Assembly (NCBI GenBank): GCA_964642915.1
Contig: CAZXPE010000003.1
Coordinates: forward strand, 1 to 37,842
Length of the DNA stretch: 37,842 bases
Origin: an uncultured bacterium
GTDB taxonomy: Bacteria; Methylomirabilota; Methylomirabilia; Rokubacteriales; CSP1-6
Direction: 5' to 3'
Positions 16,249-25,795 of this stretch are shown piece after piece. Position 1 is the stretch's first letter. Every line of letters begins with the position of its first letter. The position numbers and the translations under genes are program-made. The notes beneath the pieces were generated by a model. That model saw only the letters and a program-made list of their open reading frames with translations. It did not search any database and was not told where the DNA came from.

Positions 16249-16547
16249 GCGATTTGCGGGTTACGGGGATCGGGGGTCGAGGATCGGGGCTTGACGGCAT
16301 CCCGGACCCCGGACCCCGGACCCCGGCCAAGAGTTTTATTGAAACCTTGAAGGAATCCATCGAGCAGGTCAATCAGCTCCAGAAGAGCGCCGAGGAAGCG
16401 GCGCAGAATCTCGCCCTGGGGAAGGAGAAGGACGTCGCCCAGACGCTCGTCGCGATCGAGAAGGCCAATGTCTCCTTCCAGCTCATGATGCAGGTGAGGA
16501 ACAAGATTCTTGACGCGTATCAGGAAATCATGCGCATGTCCGTGTAA
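16245..16547 (+). CDS. fliE: flagellar hook-basal body protein FliE
   Basis: SFIETLKESIEQVN, EKANVSFQLMMQVRNKILDAYQEIMRM. Confidence 0.95.
   Translation: MSDLRVTGIGGRGSGLDGIPDPGPRTPAKSFIETLKESIEQVNQLQKSAEEAAQNLALGKEKDVAQTLVAIEKANVSFQLMMQVRNKILDAYQEIMRMSV
16253..16328. repeat. inverted pair of 7-bp tandem arrays in the fliE 5' region
   Basis: G-rich TTTGCGG GTTACGG GGATCGG GGGTCGA GGATCGG GGCTTGA, then C-rich (CCCGGAC)x3 CCCGGCC at 16301-16328. Confidence 0.85.
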
Positions 16548-16559
16548 CTCGGGGTCTCC

Positions 16560-18188
16560 ATGAATGAGTTGATTCAGCGGTACTGGCGGCAAGGATTGAC
16601 CCACTGGGGCGCGCTCTCCAGGATCCAGCAGGCGCTTGCGCTGGCCGCGGGCGGATCGGTCGTTGCCGCGCTTTTCGTGGCCGGCCTGTGGGCTTCGCGG
16701 CCGAACTACGGCACGCTCTTCGCCAACCTGAACTCAGAGGATTCGACCGCCATCCAGGAGCAGCTCAAGGCCCTCAAGGTTCCGTACCGCGTTGAGGGAA
16801 CGGGACAGCTTCTGGTGCCTGCCTCTCAAGTTCACGAGCTTCGCCTCAAGATCGCCGGCCAGGGGCTTCCCTCGGGCGGCGGAGTGGGGTTTGAGGTCTT
16901 CGACAAATCGAGCTTCGGCTTCACCGATTTCACCCAGCGGCTCAATTACCAGAGGGCACTTCAGGGAGAGCTTTCCAGAACTATCGGGCAGCTCAGGGCG
17001 GTGAGCCAGGCCAGGGTGCACCTGGCGCTCCCCCAGCCGACGCTCTTCAGCGACCGCGAGAAGCCGGCGACGGCCTCCGTGGTCCTCCGCCTCAAGCCCG
17101 GCGCCTCTCTCACGAACCAGGAGGTGCGCGGCGTGGTCCACCTCGTGGCCTCCAGCGTGGAAGGGCTCTCCGCCGACAAGATCACCGTGGTGGACACCAA
17201 CGGGAGAATTCTTTCCCAGGGCGGGGAGCGGGGAGCGTCCCAGCTCTCAGCCCAGCAGATCGAGACCCAGGCGATGTTGGAGGCGGACCTCGAGCGCCGG
17301 GTGACCACCATGCTGGAATCGGTCCTGGGGCCGGGGAAAGCGACGGTGCGCGTAGCTGCCAAGCTCTCGTTCGACCAGGTGGAGCGGACGGAGGAGCGTT
17401 TCGATCCGAACACGGTGGTCCGGCAGGAGCAACGCACCACGGAAAGCTCCAGCGGAGTCACGACGGCGCCGATCGGGACGCCCGGCGTGGCGTCCAACGT
17501 AGCGACGCCTCAGGGCGGCACAAGCACCATCAACAACAAGACCGGACGAGAGACAGAGGTGGTGAACTACGAGGTCGGGAAGACCGTGGAGCGGAAGGTC
17601 ATCGCTCCAGGGGAGATTGTGCGGCTGTCTGTCGCAGTCTTGATCGACAGCCCCTCCCGCCAGGGTGGGGCCGGCGCCGAAGCCGAAAGTCAGGAGCCGG
17701 CCGGCCGGAGCCAGGAAGAGATGGACAAGATCAGGCGTCTCGTGGTGTCGGCTGTCGGGTTCAACGCCGCTCGCGGCGACGATGTCCAGGTTGTTGAGCT
17801 GCCGTACGACACGTCGGCGGCCGAGCGCGAGCGGGCGGAGTCAGAGCGGGCGCGGCACGAGTCGCAGGCGAACCAGCGGAACGTCTGGGTTGGGGCTGCT
17901 GTGGCGGTGGTCGTCATGCTCCTCCTGATCGCGGTGTTCAGGGCTCTCCGCCGTCGCCGCCTGGCGACGGCCCTTAGCGAGGCCGGTTACAGCTCCGGAC
18001 CGGCTGTGAGCATCGAGGCCGCCAGGGCCGCGGTGGACGAGGCCCACACCCAGGAGATGCTCGAGCTCGAAGGGAAGCGCAAGGAGGAGCTTCGCCAGAA
18101 GGCCCTCGCCTTCGCGTACCAGAAGCCGGAAGAGGTGGCCCAGCTCCTGCGCGCCTGGATGCTCAAGCGAAAGGCGTCCACGACATGA
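16560..18188 (+). CDS. fliF: flagellar MS-ring protein FliF
   Basis: Two TMs; GVGFEVFDKSSFGFTDF, YQRALQGELSRTI, ARVHLALP, LVASSVEGL, RLSVAVLID, AVGFNAARGD, C-terminal PEEVAQLLRAWM. Confidence 0.96.
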   Translation: MNELIQRYWRQGLTHWGALSRIQQALALAAGGSVVAALFVAGLWASRPNYGTLFANLNSEDSTAIQEQLKALKVPYRVEGTGQLLVPASQVHELRLKIAGQGLPSGGGVGFEVFDKSSFGFTDFTQRLNYQRALQGELSRTIGQLRAVSQARVHLALPQPTLFSDREKPATASVVLRLKPGASLTNQEVRGVVHLVASSVEGLSADKITVVDTNGRILSQGGERGASQLSAQQIETQAMLEADLERRVTTMLESVLGPGKATVRVAAKLSFDQVERTEERFDPNTVVRQEQRTTESSSGVTTAPIGTPGVASNVATPQGGTSTINNKTGRETEVVNYEVGKTVERKVIAPGEIVRLSVAVLIDSPSRQGGAGAEAESQEPAGRSQEEMDKIRRLVVSAVGFNAARGDDVQVVELPYDTSAAERERAESERARHESQANQRNVWVGAAVAVVVMLLLIAVFRALRRRRLATALSEAGYSSGPAVSIEAARAAVDEAHTQEMLELEGKRKEELRQKALAFAYQKPEEVAQLLRAWMLKRKASTT

Positions 18189-19228
18189 GCGTTGCGATCG
18201 AGGTCGCCGGCTCTCCCGCCCAGCTCGAATCACTCTCCGGGCTGAGAAAAGCGGCGATCTTCCTTGTCTCCCTGGGCGCCGACGCGTCGGCCCAGGTCTT
18301 CAAGCTGCTCGACGAGGCGGAGATCGAGGTGCTCTCGGCCGAGATCAGCCGCCTCCGCGACGTGCCGGGGAACGTCACCGCCGCGGTCCTCAAAGAGTTC
18401 ACCCAGATGGCCCTGGCCCAGGAGTACATCACCAAGGGCGGGCTAAACTACGCAATGGAAGTTCTCGACAAGGCCCTGGGCAGGCAGCGGGCACTTGAGA
18501 TCATCAGCCGCCTTCAGGCGAACCTCCAGCCGGCGCCATTCGCCGTCATGAAGAAGGCAGACCCCAAGCACCTCCTTGATTTCATCCGGCGGGAGCACCC
18601 GCAGACCATCGCCCTGATCCTCGCCAACCTGGAATCAGACTCGGCGTCGGTGATCCTCTCCGAGCTTCCGCCGGAGAACCAGATAGACGTCGTGTTGCGG
18701 CTGGCGAACATGGACAAGACCAGCCCCGAGGTCTTGAAGCAGATCGAGCAGGTGCTCGAAAAGCGGGTCTCGGCTGTGTTCGCCCAGGAGGTGTCCTCGA
18801 TGGGAGGGGCCAAGGCCGTCGCTGAGATCCTGAACCGGGTGGACCGGAACACTGAGAAGAAGATCTTCCAGACGCTGGAAGAGATTGAGCCTGAACTGGC
18901 TGAGCAGATCAAGCGCCTCATGTTCACCTTCGAGGACCTGATCCTGGTGGACGATCGCGGGATCCAGCGGGTGCTCAAGGAGGTCGATCAGCGCGACCTC
19001 GCCCTTGCGCTCAAGGCCGCCGGCGAGGATGTCTCGGGGAAGGTGTTCAAGAACATGTCCGAGCGCGCCGCCGCCATCATCCGCCAGGAGATCGAATATC
19101 TGGGGCCGGTGAGGCTCCGCGACATCGAGGACGCTCAGCTCAGGATCGTTTCAATCACGAGGCGGCTTGAGGAGACGGGGGAGATCATTATTGCAGGCAG
19201 GGGCGGGAGCGATGAAATCGTCGTCTGA
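18185..19228 (+). CDS. fliG: flagellar motor switch protein FliG
   Basis: KAAIFLVSLG, EHPQTIALIL, MFTFEDL, NMSERAA, GPVRLRDIEDAQ. Confidence 0.97.
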   Translation: MSVAIEVAGSPAQLESLSGLRKAAIFLVSLGADASAQVFKLLDEAEIEVLSAEISRLRDVPGNVTAAVLKEFTQMALAQEYITKGGLNYAMEVLDKALGRQRALEIISRLQANLQPAPFAVMKKADPKHLLDFIRREHPQTIALILANLESDSASVILSELPPENQIDVVLRLANMDKTSPEVLKQIEQVLEKRVSAVFAQEVSSMGGAKAVAEILNRVDRNTEKKIFQTLEEIEPELAEQIKRLMFTFEDLILVDDRGIQRVLKEVDQRDLALALKAAGEDVSGKVFKNMSERAAAIIRQEIEYLGPVRLRDIEDAQLRIVSITRRLEETGEIIIAGRGGSDEIVV

Positions 19229-19994
19229 GGTGAAGAAGACCTCCGTCGCAGTTGCTCCCCGGGTATATCCGGTGCCTTCCGATCAGGACGAGGCTCCCTC
19301 GGCGGTCATCCAGACGGCCTCGTTCCCGGACCTTGGGGCGAGCCGCGCGGCGGAGCCGGTAGCGGCTCAGGCGATTGCCGATCTGATCGAGCCGCCCGAG
19401 ACGCTGGCTCTGGCCGAGTCGAGGCGTTTCCGCGAGGCCGCCCGCCGGGAGGCGGCGGCGCTCATTAGCCGGGCGCGCGAGGAGGCGGCGCGGCATTCCC
19501 AGGCCGCCTTCCAGGAAGGGCTCAAGCGGGGCGAAGCCGAGGGGCGCGAGGAGTGGCGGAAGCAGATGGCTTCCCCGTTTTCCGCGCTGGGGGAGGCCGC
19601 GAGGCGGCTCGCCGAATTCCGTGAGACATACCGCCGCTACCTGGACAGCCAGATCCCGCCCCTCGTCATTCTGTTGACCAAGAAGATGATCCGGCGCGAG
19701 CTGCTGCTGGAGGAAGGCACCATCGTGGGGATGGTGCGGGGAGCCCTTGCGCGGGTGGTTGGCGGCTCTGAGGTCACGCTCAGGGTCAGCCCGTCCGATT
19801 ACGAGGTGCTTAACGCGCGGAAAGCCGACCTCTCTGTCGGGCTCGAGGAGATCAAGGGGATCAGGTTCGAGGCTGATCAATCGGTTGCCCCGGGAGGGTG
19901 CCTTGTGGAGACTCCGAGCGGGCTCGTTGACGCCAGGCTGGAGACTCAACTGGAGGAAGCCGCGCTGATCCTCGAAGGGAAAGGTGACTCGTGA
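19212..19994 (+). CDS. fliH: flagellar export protein FliH
   Basis: AFQEGLKRGEAEG GxxxG repeats, LRVSPSD, GGCLVETPSGLVDARLETQL; lies between fliG and fliI; ATG 19212 after GGGAG. Confidence 0.9.
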   Translation: MKSSSEVKKTSVAVAPRVYPVPSDQDEAPSAVIQTASFPDLGASRAAEPVAAQAIADLIEPPETLALAESRRFREAARREAAALISRAREEAARHSQAAFQEGLKRGEAEGREEWRKQMASPFSALGEAARRLAEFRETYRRYLDSQIPPLVILLTKKMIRRELLLEEGTIVGMVRGALARVVGGSEVTLRVSPSDYEVLNARKADLSVGLEEIKGIRFEADQSVAPGGCLVETPSGLVDARLETQLEEAALILEGKGDS

Positions 19995-21373
19995 GCCGGA
20001 ACCTGGTGCCTATCGATAATCCTTTCGACCATCTCCGCCGCGCCGACCTGATCCGGGTCCGCGGGAAGGTGACTCAGGTCATCGGACTTGTCATCGAGGC
20101 CACCGGTCAGGTCGCCTCGGTGGGGGAGCTTTGCCGTATCCGGCCCCGGGGGGCCGGGCGCGAGGTGATGGCTGAGGTGGTGGGATTCCGCGACGATCGC
20201 CTCCTGCTCATGCCGTTGGGAGACCTCCAGGGCGTCGGCCCCGGCTCCGAGGTGCTCGCGACCGGTCGCCCTTTCCGGGTGGGTGTTGGCGCGTCGCTGC
20301 TGGGCCGGATCGTGGACGGCCTCGGCCGTCCGATGGACGGCAAGGGAGACCTGGATGTCGAGGGATTCTATCCGATCCATCAACCCCCGCCGAGCCCGCT
20401 TCAGCGCAGGCGGGTGACCGATCCGCTTCCCACGGGCGTCAGGGCCATAGACGGGTTCCTGACTGTCGGGAGCGGGCAGAGGGTCGGGATATTCGCCGGC
20501 TCCGGCGTGGGCAAGAGCATGCTGCTCGGGATGATCGCCCGGCACACCGCGGCCGACGTCAACGTCATCGGGTTAATCGGGGAACGGGGCCGCGAGGTGA
20601 AGGACTTCATCGAGCGCGACCTCGGACCCGAGGGACTCTCGCGGTCGGTGCTGGTTGTGGCGACCTCTGACGAACCCCCCCTCGTCCGAAGGCAAGCGGC
20701 ATTCATGGCGACCACTATCGCCGAATCATTCCGCGACCGGGGGAAGTCAGTCCTCCTGATGATGGATTCGGTGACCAGGTTTGCCCAGGCCCAGCGTGAA
20801 ATCGGGTTGACGATCGGAGAGCCTCCGACGACCAAGGGGTATCCGCCCTCGGTCTTCGCCCTGCTCCCCAAGCTTCTCGAACGGGCCGGCACCACCGAGC
20901 ACGAGGGGTCTATCACCGGGCTGTACACGATACTCGTGGAGGGCGATGACCTCGCCGACCCGATCGCCGACGGCGTCAGGGCGATCCTTGACGGCCACAC
21001 GATCCTCTCGCGGGAACTGGCGCACCAGAACCACTATCCGGCCATAGACGTGCTCCAGAGCGTGAGCCGGCTGATGATGGACGTTACGCCGGCAGGGCAC
21101 CAGGCCGCGGCAGGAGAGATCAGGGAACTGCTCGCGGCGTACCGCTCAGCCCAGGACCTGATCAACATCGGTGCATACGTCATGGGATCCAACCCGAGGA
21201 TCGATCGGGCCATCGGCCTCATCGAACGGATCAAAGCGTATCTGAGACAGCCGATCACCGAGCGGACTGAATTCAAAGACGCTGTCGGCAGGTTGTCTGA
21301 GATCGCTGCCGCTCCCATGCCGGGCCCCCAGGTGAAACGCGCCGGGACCCAGGCGCTGAGCGGAGCCAGATAA
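19991..21373 (+). CDS. fliI: flagellar export ATPase FliI
   Basis: GIFAGSGVGKS, LIGERGREV, LMMDSVTRFA, GEPPTTKGYPPS, ILDGH. Confidence 0.97.
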   Translation: MSRNLVPIDNPFDHLRRADLIRVRGKVTQVIGLVIEATGQVASVGELCRIRPRGAGREVMAEVVGFRDDRLLLMPLGDLQGVGPGSEVLATGRPFRVGVGASLLGRIVDGLGRPMDGKGDLDVEGFYPIHQPPPSPLQRRRVTDPLPTGVRAIDGFLTVGSGQRVGIFAGSGVGKSMLLGMIARHTAADVNVIGLIGERGREVKDFIERDLGPEGLSRSVLVVATSDEPPLVRRQAAFMATTIAESFRDRGKSVLLMMDSVTRFAQAQREIGLTIGEPPTTKGYPPSVFALLPKLLERAGTTEHEGSITGLYTILVEGDDLADPIADGVRAILDGHTILSRELAHQNHYPAIDVLQSVSRLMMDVTPAGHQAAAGEIRELLAAYRSAQDLINIGAYVMGSNPRIDRAIGLIERIKAYLRQPITERTEFKDAVGRLSEIAAAPMPGPQVKRAGTQALSGAR

Positions 21374-21382
21374 AGGACGATC

Positions 21383-21841
21383 ATGCGGTTTCGGTTCTCT
21401 CTTGAGACCCTGTTCCGTCATCGCCGCCGTCTGGAAGACGACGCCGTGGAGCGGCTGGCCCAGGCGCAGCGAAGGATGGCTGAGGAGGAGGCAACGCTCC
21501 AGCGACTTCGGGCCCTCGAAGCGTGGGGGGAGCAGGAGCTCTCATCGGTGCAGACCGGCCAAAGGTCGGGCTGGGAGCTGTCGGCCACGCAGGAGTATCT
21601 GGCGAGAGTCCGAGAGGAGATCCGCCGCTCCGGGGAGCGGCTCTCTGAGCGGGGCGCTCAATTCGAGACGGTGAGAACCGAGCTGCTGGAGCGGCGCAAG
21701 GGGCGCCGGGTCGTGGAGGTCCTCCGCGACAAGAGCCAGCAGGAGTATGTGCGGGAAACGGAGCGCATAGAGGGGCGCCAGTTGGACGAGGCGGCATCCA
21801 ACCAGTTCATCCGCCGGGGTGGAGAACGCCGTGTTCAGTAG
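21383..21841 (+). CDS. fliJ: flagellar export protein FliJ
   Basis: MRFRFSLETL N-terminus, coiled coil, E...LDE C-terminus, position after fliI. Confidence 0.9.
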   Translation: MRFRFSLETLFRHRRRLEDDAVERLAQAQRRMAEEEATLQRLRALEAWGEQELSSVQTGQRSGWELSATQEYLARVREEIRRSGERLSERGAQFETVRTELLERRKGRRVVEVLRDKSQQEYVRETERIEGRQLDEAASNQFIRRGGERRVQ

Positions 21842-22358
21842 AAAACTCTGGATCGCGTTCGGCTTCATCTTCTCCGGAATGGTGATGGTCTTCCTTGTCG
21901 TCACCGGGGTCTTTCGCGAGGGGATCTGGCCCAGGGTTAAGCCGGCTGCTGAGCGGGCGTTGGCGAAATGGCGGAGCCAGCCGGAGGCCGGCGCCAAGCG
22001 GCCGGCCACCGCGGAGCGGAGGCAGAGGACCGGAGCCGGCAACCGGCTTCAGGCGTCCGGCAGCGGGTCAGCGGCGGCGGAAGCCGGGGCCCTGACCGGG
22101 AGCAAGGCTGATTCGCAACAGAGAGCGCGGGGCGCTGAGCGGGGCGAGGAGCAGCAGGACGATCGGGCGCGGCTGGGGCGGCTTTACACCGGGATGCGCC
22201 CGCGGGAGGCGGCTTCGATTGTCGAGAAGCTTGAGCCTTCGCTGGCGGCCCAAATACTGGTCCGATTGCCGGATAGACAGGCGGCGAAGATCCTCGGCTC
22301 AATGGATCCCGAGATCGCGGCCCGCCTGACTCGAGGAATGACGAGAGGAGGGTCATGA
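21819..22358 (+). CDS. YlxF/MotE/FlbB-like flagellar protein (N-terminal TM, MgtE_N-like C-terminus)
   Basis: LGRLYTGMRPREAASIVEKL...AAKILGSMDPEIAARLT; typical position between fliJ and fliK. Confidence 0.8.
   Translation: MENAVFSRKLWIAFGFIFSGMVMVFLVVTGVFREGIWPRVKPAAERALAKWRSQPEAGAKRPATAERRQRTGAGNRLQASGSGSAAAEAGALTGSKADSQQRARGAERGEEQQDDRARLGRLYTGMRPREAASIVEKLEPSLAAQILVRLPDRQAAKILGSMDPEIAARLTRGMTRGGS
22018..22143 (+). repeat. degenerate 7-bp periodic tracts in the linker of the YlxF-like gene
   Basis: GGAGCCG GCAACCG GCTTCAG GCGTCCG GCAGCGG (22032-22066) and GAGCGCG GGGCGCT GAGCGGG (22123-22143). Confidence 0.4.
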
Positions 22359-23617
22359 CCTTTCCGCTCTTCCTTCTCATGCCCGCGCTCCGCTTGGTCG
22401 GCGGGTTCGTTCAATCGCTCACTCAGAGCCGGCCGGCCGACGCCCCGGTTAGTATCGTCGGAGGCGGTTCGCCCTCGGTGGAGTTCCAGCCGATGCTCCA
22501 GCAGATAATCGGGGCCCAGATGATCGCCCAGGGGGCCACTCAAGCGCTCCCTCAAGCGCCGGGGTCGTTGGGGTCATCGCTTGAGAGCGATTCCTCGTCT
22601 ACTCCGGCCTTCACTCTCCCGGCTCACTCCGCATTCCGCGCTCCACACTCCGCATTTGGCATTCCCCATTCCGCATTCCCCACTGCGCCGGTGGATGCGC
22701 GCATCGCTCCCGTCGTCGAGGTGGGGTCCATGGCCCTCGGCGTGGCGGATCCTCAAAGGCCAGCGATGGAGATCGGGTCCCAGCCGGCTCATCCCTCGTT
22801 TGCCGGCGCTGCCGCCACTCTTCAGTCTCAACCCGAGCCTTTCGCTCTCTCTTCGGCATTAATTGCTCAGCATCGCGCGTTTGCTTCTCTCCAGGCCGGG
22901 AGGCCAGGCGATGCCCCGCCTGTCGAGATCACAGGGCCGCTCTCCTCTGCGGTGGACCCGTTGTCACTGTACGAAGCCAGCCTCTTGGTCGAGCCGATCG
23001 ATCCGGCGGGTCGGACCGCCCGGAGCGGAGTGGCTGAGATCGGAGGGCCGGGGGAGGACGGAAGGGTCGGTCACCTTACGCCGGCGGCCTGGCAGGAGCC
23101 ATTCGCCTTGAGGCCTGACGGAATCGCGAGCCTCGGCCTGTCTTTATCAGCCGATCATGCGGCTCCCAAGGACGTGTCGGCGTCCCCTGCGCCTCAGCCG
23201 GCCGTGGAGCTGCCGCGCCTGGTCGACCAGCTTGCCGGCTCGGTGCGGGTGAGTTGGGAGAGCGGCAGGTCAGAGGCCCGGTTCTCGCTCGTCCCTCCTG
23301 ACCTGGGAACAGTTCGAGTCCAGATGGTGATGGAGCACTCGTCGCTTTCCCTCACGTTCACGGCGGGAAGCGAGCACGCGCGCGGCCTGATTCAATCATC
23401 GCTCTCGGAGCTGAAGGAGAACCTGACCGGGCAGGGGATCGACGTCGGCCAGATGAGCGTGCTGGTGGACCTGGCCGGGCGCAACAGTGAGAGGAGCTTC
23501 AGCGCCTTTGATCTAAACGATGGCCGTCCCGAAGCGCCGCCGAGGGCGCCAGTGGTCCAGCCGGTGCTGGCTGAGCGCCTGGCCCCGGCGCTGTCGGGAC
23601 TGGACCTCTTTGCATGA
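22355..23617 (+). CDS. fliK: flagellar hook-length control protein FliK
   Basis: Long Pro/Ala/Ser-rich N-terminal part plus T3S4 domain (ARFSLVPPDLGTVRV...LKENLTGQGI); lies before flgD. Confidence 0.9.
   Translation: MTFPLFLLMPALRLVGGFVQSLTQSRPADAPVSIVGGGSPSVEFQPMLQQIIGAQMIAQGATQALPQAPGSLGSSLESDSSSTPAFTLPAHSAFRAPHSAFGIPHSAFPTAPVDARIAPVVEVGSMALGVADPQRPAMEIGSQPAHPSFAGAAATLQSQPEPFALSSALIAQHRAFASLQAGRPGDAPPVEITGPLSSAVDPLSLYEASLLVEPIDPAGRTARSGVAEIGGPGEDGRVGHLTPAAWQEPFALRPDGIASLGLSLSADHAAPKDVSASPAPQPAVELPRLVDQLAGSVRVSWESGRSEARFSLVPPDLGTVRVQMVMEHSSLSLTFTAGSEHARGLIQSSLSELKENLTGQGIDVGQMSVLVDLAGRNSERSFSAFDLNDGRPEAPPRAPVVQPVLAERLAPALSGLDLFA
22626..22688 (+). repeat. nine-unit 7-bp tandem array (ATTCCGC family) in fliK
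   Basis: ACTCCGC ATTCCGC GCTCCAC ACTCCGC ATTTGGC ATTCCCC ATTCCGC ATTCCCC ACTGCGC (63 nt), translated as [21 protein letters not shown]. Confidence 0.9.
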
Positions 23618-23627
23618 GGAGCGCGTG

Positions 23628-24311
23628 ATGGCCACACAGCCGGCGTCGGCGATCTCTTACCTCCGGCAACCCGCCACTGTTTCAAGCTCGGGAAGCTCCA
23701 GGTCCGTCCTGGGGAAAGACGATTTTCTGCGGCTTCTGGTGACACAGCTCCAGCACCAGGATCCGCTCTCCCCGCTCGATCAGAACCAGTTTCTCGCCCA
23801 GTCAGCCCAGTTCAGCGCTCTTGAGGAGATGCAGAGGATCAGAGAGGCTCTGGAATCATCCCAGGGAGCCCAGGGAGGGTCAGCGCTCACACAGGCTGCG
23901 GTCCTGATCGGCAGGCAGGTGAGAGCCGGCTCTGCCCTTATCACCTTCGATGGGCGAACGCCTCCTCAGCTCCCGATCTCTCTCTCCGGGGACGTCGCGG
24001 GGGTGACAGTGGAGATCATGACCCAGGCCGGTCAGGCAGTTCGGACCTTGAGTCTCGGTCCCCAGACGGCGGGAGACCTGACAGTGCAGTGGGACGGCAG
24101 GAGCGCCAGCGGCGCCCTCCTCTCCCCGGGGACCTATCTCTATCGGGTGACCACATATGATTCCGCTGGCGCCGCAAGCGATCTCGGAGCGGCGGCAGCC
24201 GGCCTTGTCGATAGCGTAAGCCTTCAAAACGGGGAGCCCGTCCTCACGGTGGCCGGCAGGAAGGTGCGGCTCCAGGACGTGCTTTCAGTTCTTGCGTCGT
24301 TAAACCCATAG
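23628..24311 (+). CDS. flgD: flagellar hook capping protein FlgD
   Basis: LGKDDFLRLLVTQLQHQDPLSP, AQFSALE, WDGRS...GTY; start at ATG 23628 (or GTG 23625) after GAGGAG. Confidence 0.95.
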   Translation: MATQPASAISYLRQPATVSSSGSSRSVLGKDDFLRLLVTQLQHQDPLSPLDQNQFLAQSAQFSALEEMQRIREALESSQGAQGGSALTQAAVLIGRQVRAGSALITFDGRTPPQLPISLSGDVAGVTVEIMTQAGQAVRTLSLGPQTAGDLTVQWDGRSASGALLSPGTYLYRVTTYDSAGAASDLGAAAAGLVDSVSLQNGEPVLTVAGRKVRLQDVLSVLASLNP

Positions 24312-24342
24312 CGCCCATCGGGGCAGCAGAAGGAGGATCCAC

Positions 24343-25569
24343 ATGCTACGCAGTCTCTTCACCGGAGTAACCGGCCTTCGCAGCCACTCGCAGTGGCTCG
24401 ATGTGATCGGCAACAACGTCGCCAACGTTGACACCGTGGGCTACAAGAGCGCGGGAGTCACCTTCCAGGACCTTCTGAGCCAGACCATTCAGGGCGAGGT
24501 GCGTCCCGCCTCGGGCCAGGGAGGCGTGAGCGTCAAGCAGGTCGGCCTCGGCGTCACGGTTGGAAGCATCCGAAACTTCTTCAACCAGGGCGCCCTCCAG
24601 CAGACAGGGAACCCCACTGACCTCGCCGTCCAGGGCGATGGGTTCTTCACCCTATCTTCGGGCGCCGATACCCTCTACACCCGCGCCGGGGCGTTCACCC
24701 TCGACGCCAACGGAACCCTTGTCGATTCGGTGACTGGCTATACGGTCCAGGGCGCGAGCGGAGACGTCACCATCGCGCCGGGCTCGACTGTCGCCGCGAC
24801 GGCCACTACCACCGAGTACTTCAAGGGGAACCTGGACGCCTCGGTCGCCGACGGAGAGACCTACACGCTGACTTTGCCGGTGTACGACTCTCTCGGCACT
24901 TCCCGCACCATCACGCTGACCTTCACCAAAAACTTCGCGGCCTCCGCCGGCCAATGGGACTGGGCCGCCACTGAGTCCAGCGCCGATATATCCAGCCTGG
25001 GAGGCGCGGCAGGGAGCCTGGTTTTTGACACCGCCGGCGCGATCTCTTCGGGAGACACAGCGGCGCTGACGGTGAACTACGCGGCGTCTGCCGGGGCGGC
25101 CACCCCGCAGGTGGTGACACTCGACTTCGGGTCCGCCTCGAACACGACTCCGATGACGGGCTATGCGGGGGAGTCCACGGGGACCCTGGCGAGTCAGGAC
25201 GGCGTGGCGTCGGGGAGCCTCGAGAGCTTCACCATAGGAACCGATGGCTCGGTGACGGGGTTTTACAGCAACGGGACGAACCAGGTGCTCGATACGCTGC
25301 GCCTCGCCGGCTTCGCGAACCCGGGTGGTCTTCTCAAGGTGGGAGCCAACCTTTACAAAGAGACGGGCAACTCAGGGACTCCGAGCCTGGGGAATCCGGG
25401 AACCGGAGGCCGGGGCACGATCGCCTCAGGGAACCTCGAGATGTCCAACGTGGACCTGGCCCAGGAGTTCACAAACTTGATCATCGCCCAGCGGGGCTTT
25501 CAGGCCAACACCCGGGTGATCACGGCCAGCGACGAGGTGCTTCAGGATCTCGTCAACATCATCAGGTAA
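24343..25569 (+). CDS. flgE: flagellar hook protein FlgE
   Basis: DVIGNNVANVDTVGYK, DLAVQGDGFF, YTRAGAF, VYDSLG, LEMSNVDLAQEFTNLIIAQRGFQAN; AAGGAGG SD. Confidence 0.97.
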   Translation: MLRSLFTGVTGLRSHSQWLDVIGNNVANVDTVGYKSAGVTFQDLLSQTIQGEVRPASGQGGVSVKQVGLGVTVGSIRNFFNQGALQQTGNPTDLAVQGDGFFTLSSGADTLYTRAGAFTLDANGTLVDSVTGYTVQGASGDVTIAPGSTVAATATTTEYFKGNLDASVADGETYTLTLPVYDSLGTSRTITLTFTKNFAASAGQWDWAATESSADISSLGGAAGSLVFDTAGAISSGDTAALTVNYAASAGAATPQVVTLDFGSASNTTPMTGYAGESTGTLASQDGVASGSLESFTIGTDGSVTGFYSNGTNQVLDTLRLAGFANPGGLLKVGANLYKETGNSGTPSLGNPGTGGRGTIASGNLEMSNVDLAQEFTNLIIAQRGFQANTRVITASDEVLQDLVNIIR

Positions 25570-25578
25570 AGACGAGAC

Positions 25579-25788
25579 ATGATTGAGCTGCACCGGCTGA
25601 ACGGGTCGGCCATCGTCATAAACGCTGAGCTGGTAGAGAGCGTCGAGGCGACGCCCGACACGGTTATTACCCTCACCACCGGGCGGAGGATCCTTGTGAC
25701 CGAGACTCTCAGTTCCGTTATCGAGCTGGTGGTCGAGTACCGGCGAGCCGTTCTCCTTTCGCCGCTCGCCGCTGACCTCCGGCCATGA
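25579..25788 (+). CDS. flbD: flagellar FlbD/SwrD family protein
   Basis: MIELHRLNG...INAELVESVEATPDTVITLTTG...V.E; follows flgE. Confidence 0.92.
   Translation: MIELHRLNGSAIVINAELVESVEATPDTVITLTTGRRILVTETLSSVIELVVEYRRAVLLSPLAADLRP
25751..25785 (+). repeat. degenerate 7-bp periodic tract at the flbD 3' end
   Basis: TTCTCCT TTCGCCG CTCGCCG CTGACCT CCGGCCA, encoding the tail LLSPLAADLRP. Confidence 0.4.
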
Positions 25789-25795
25789 GGAGACA

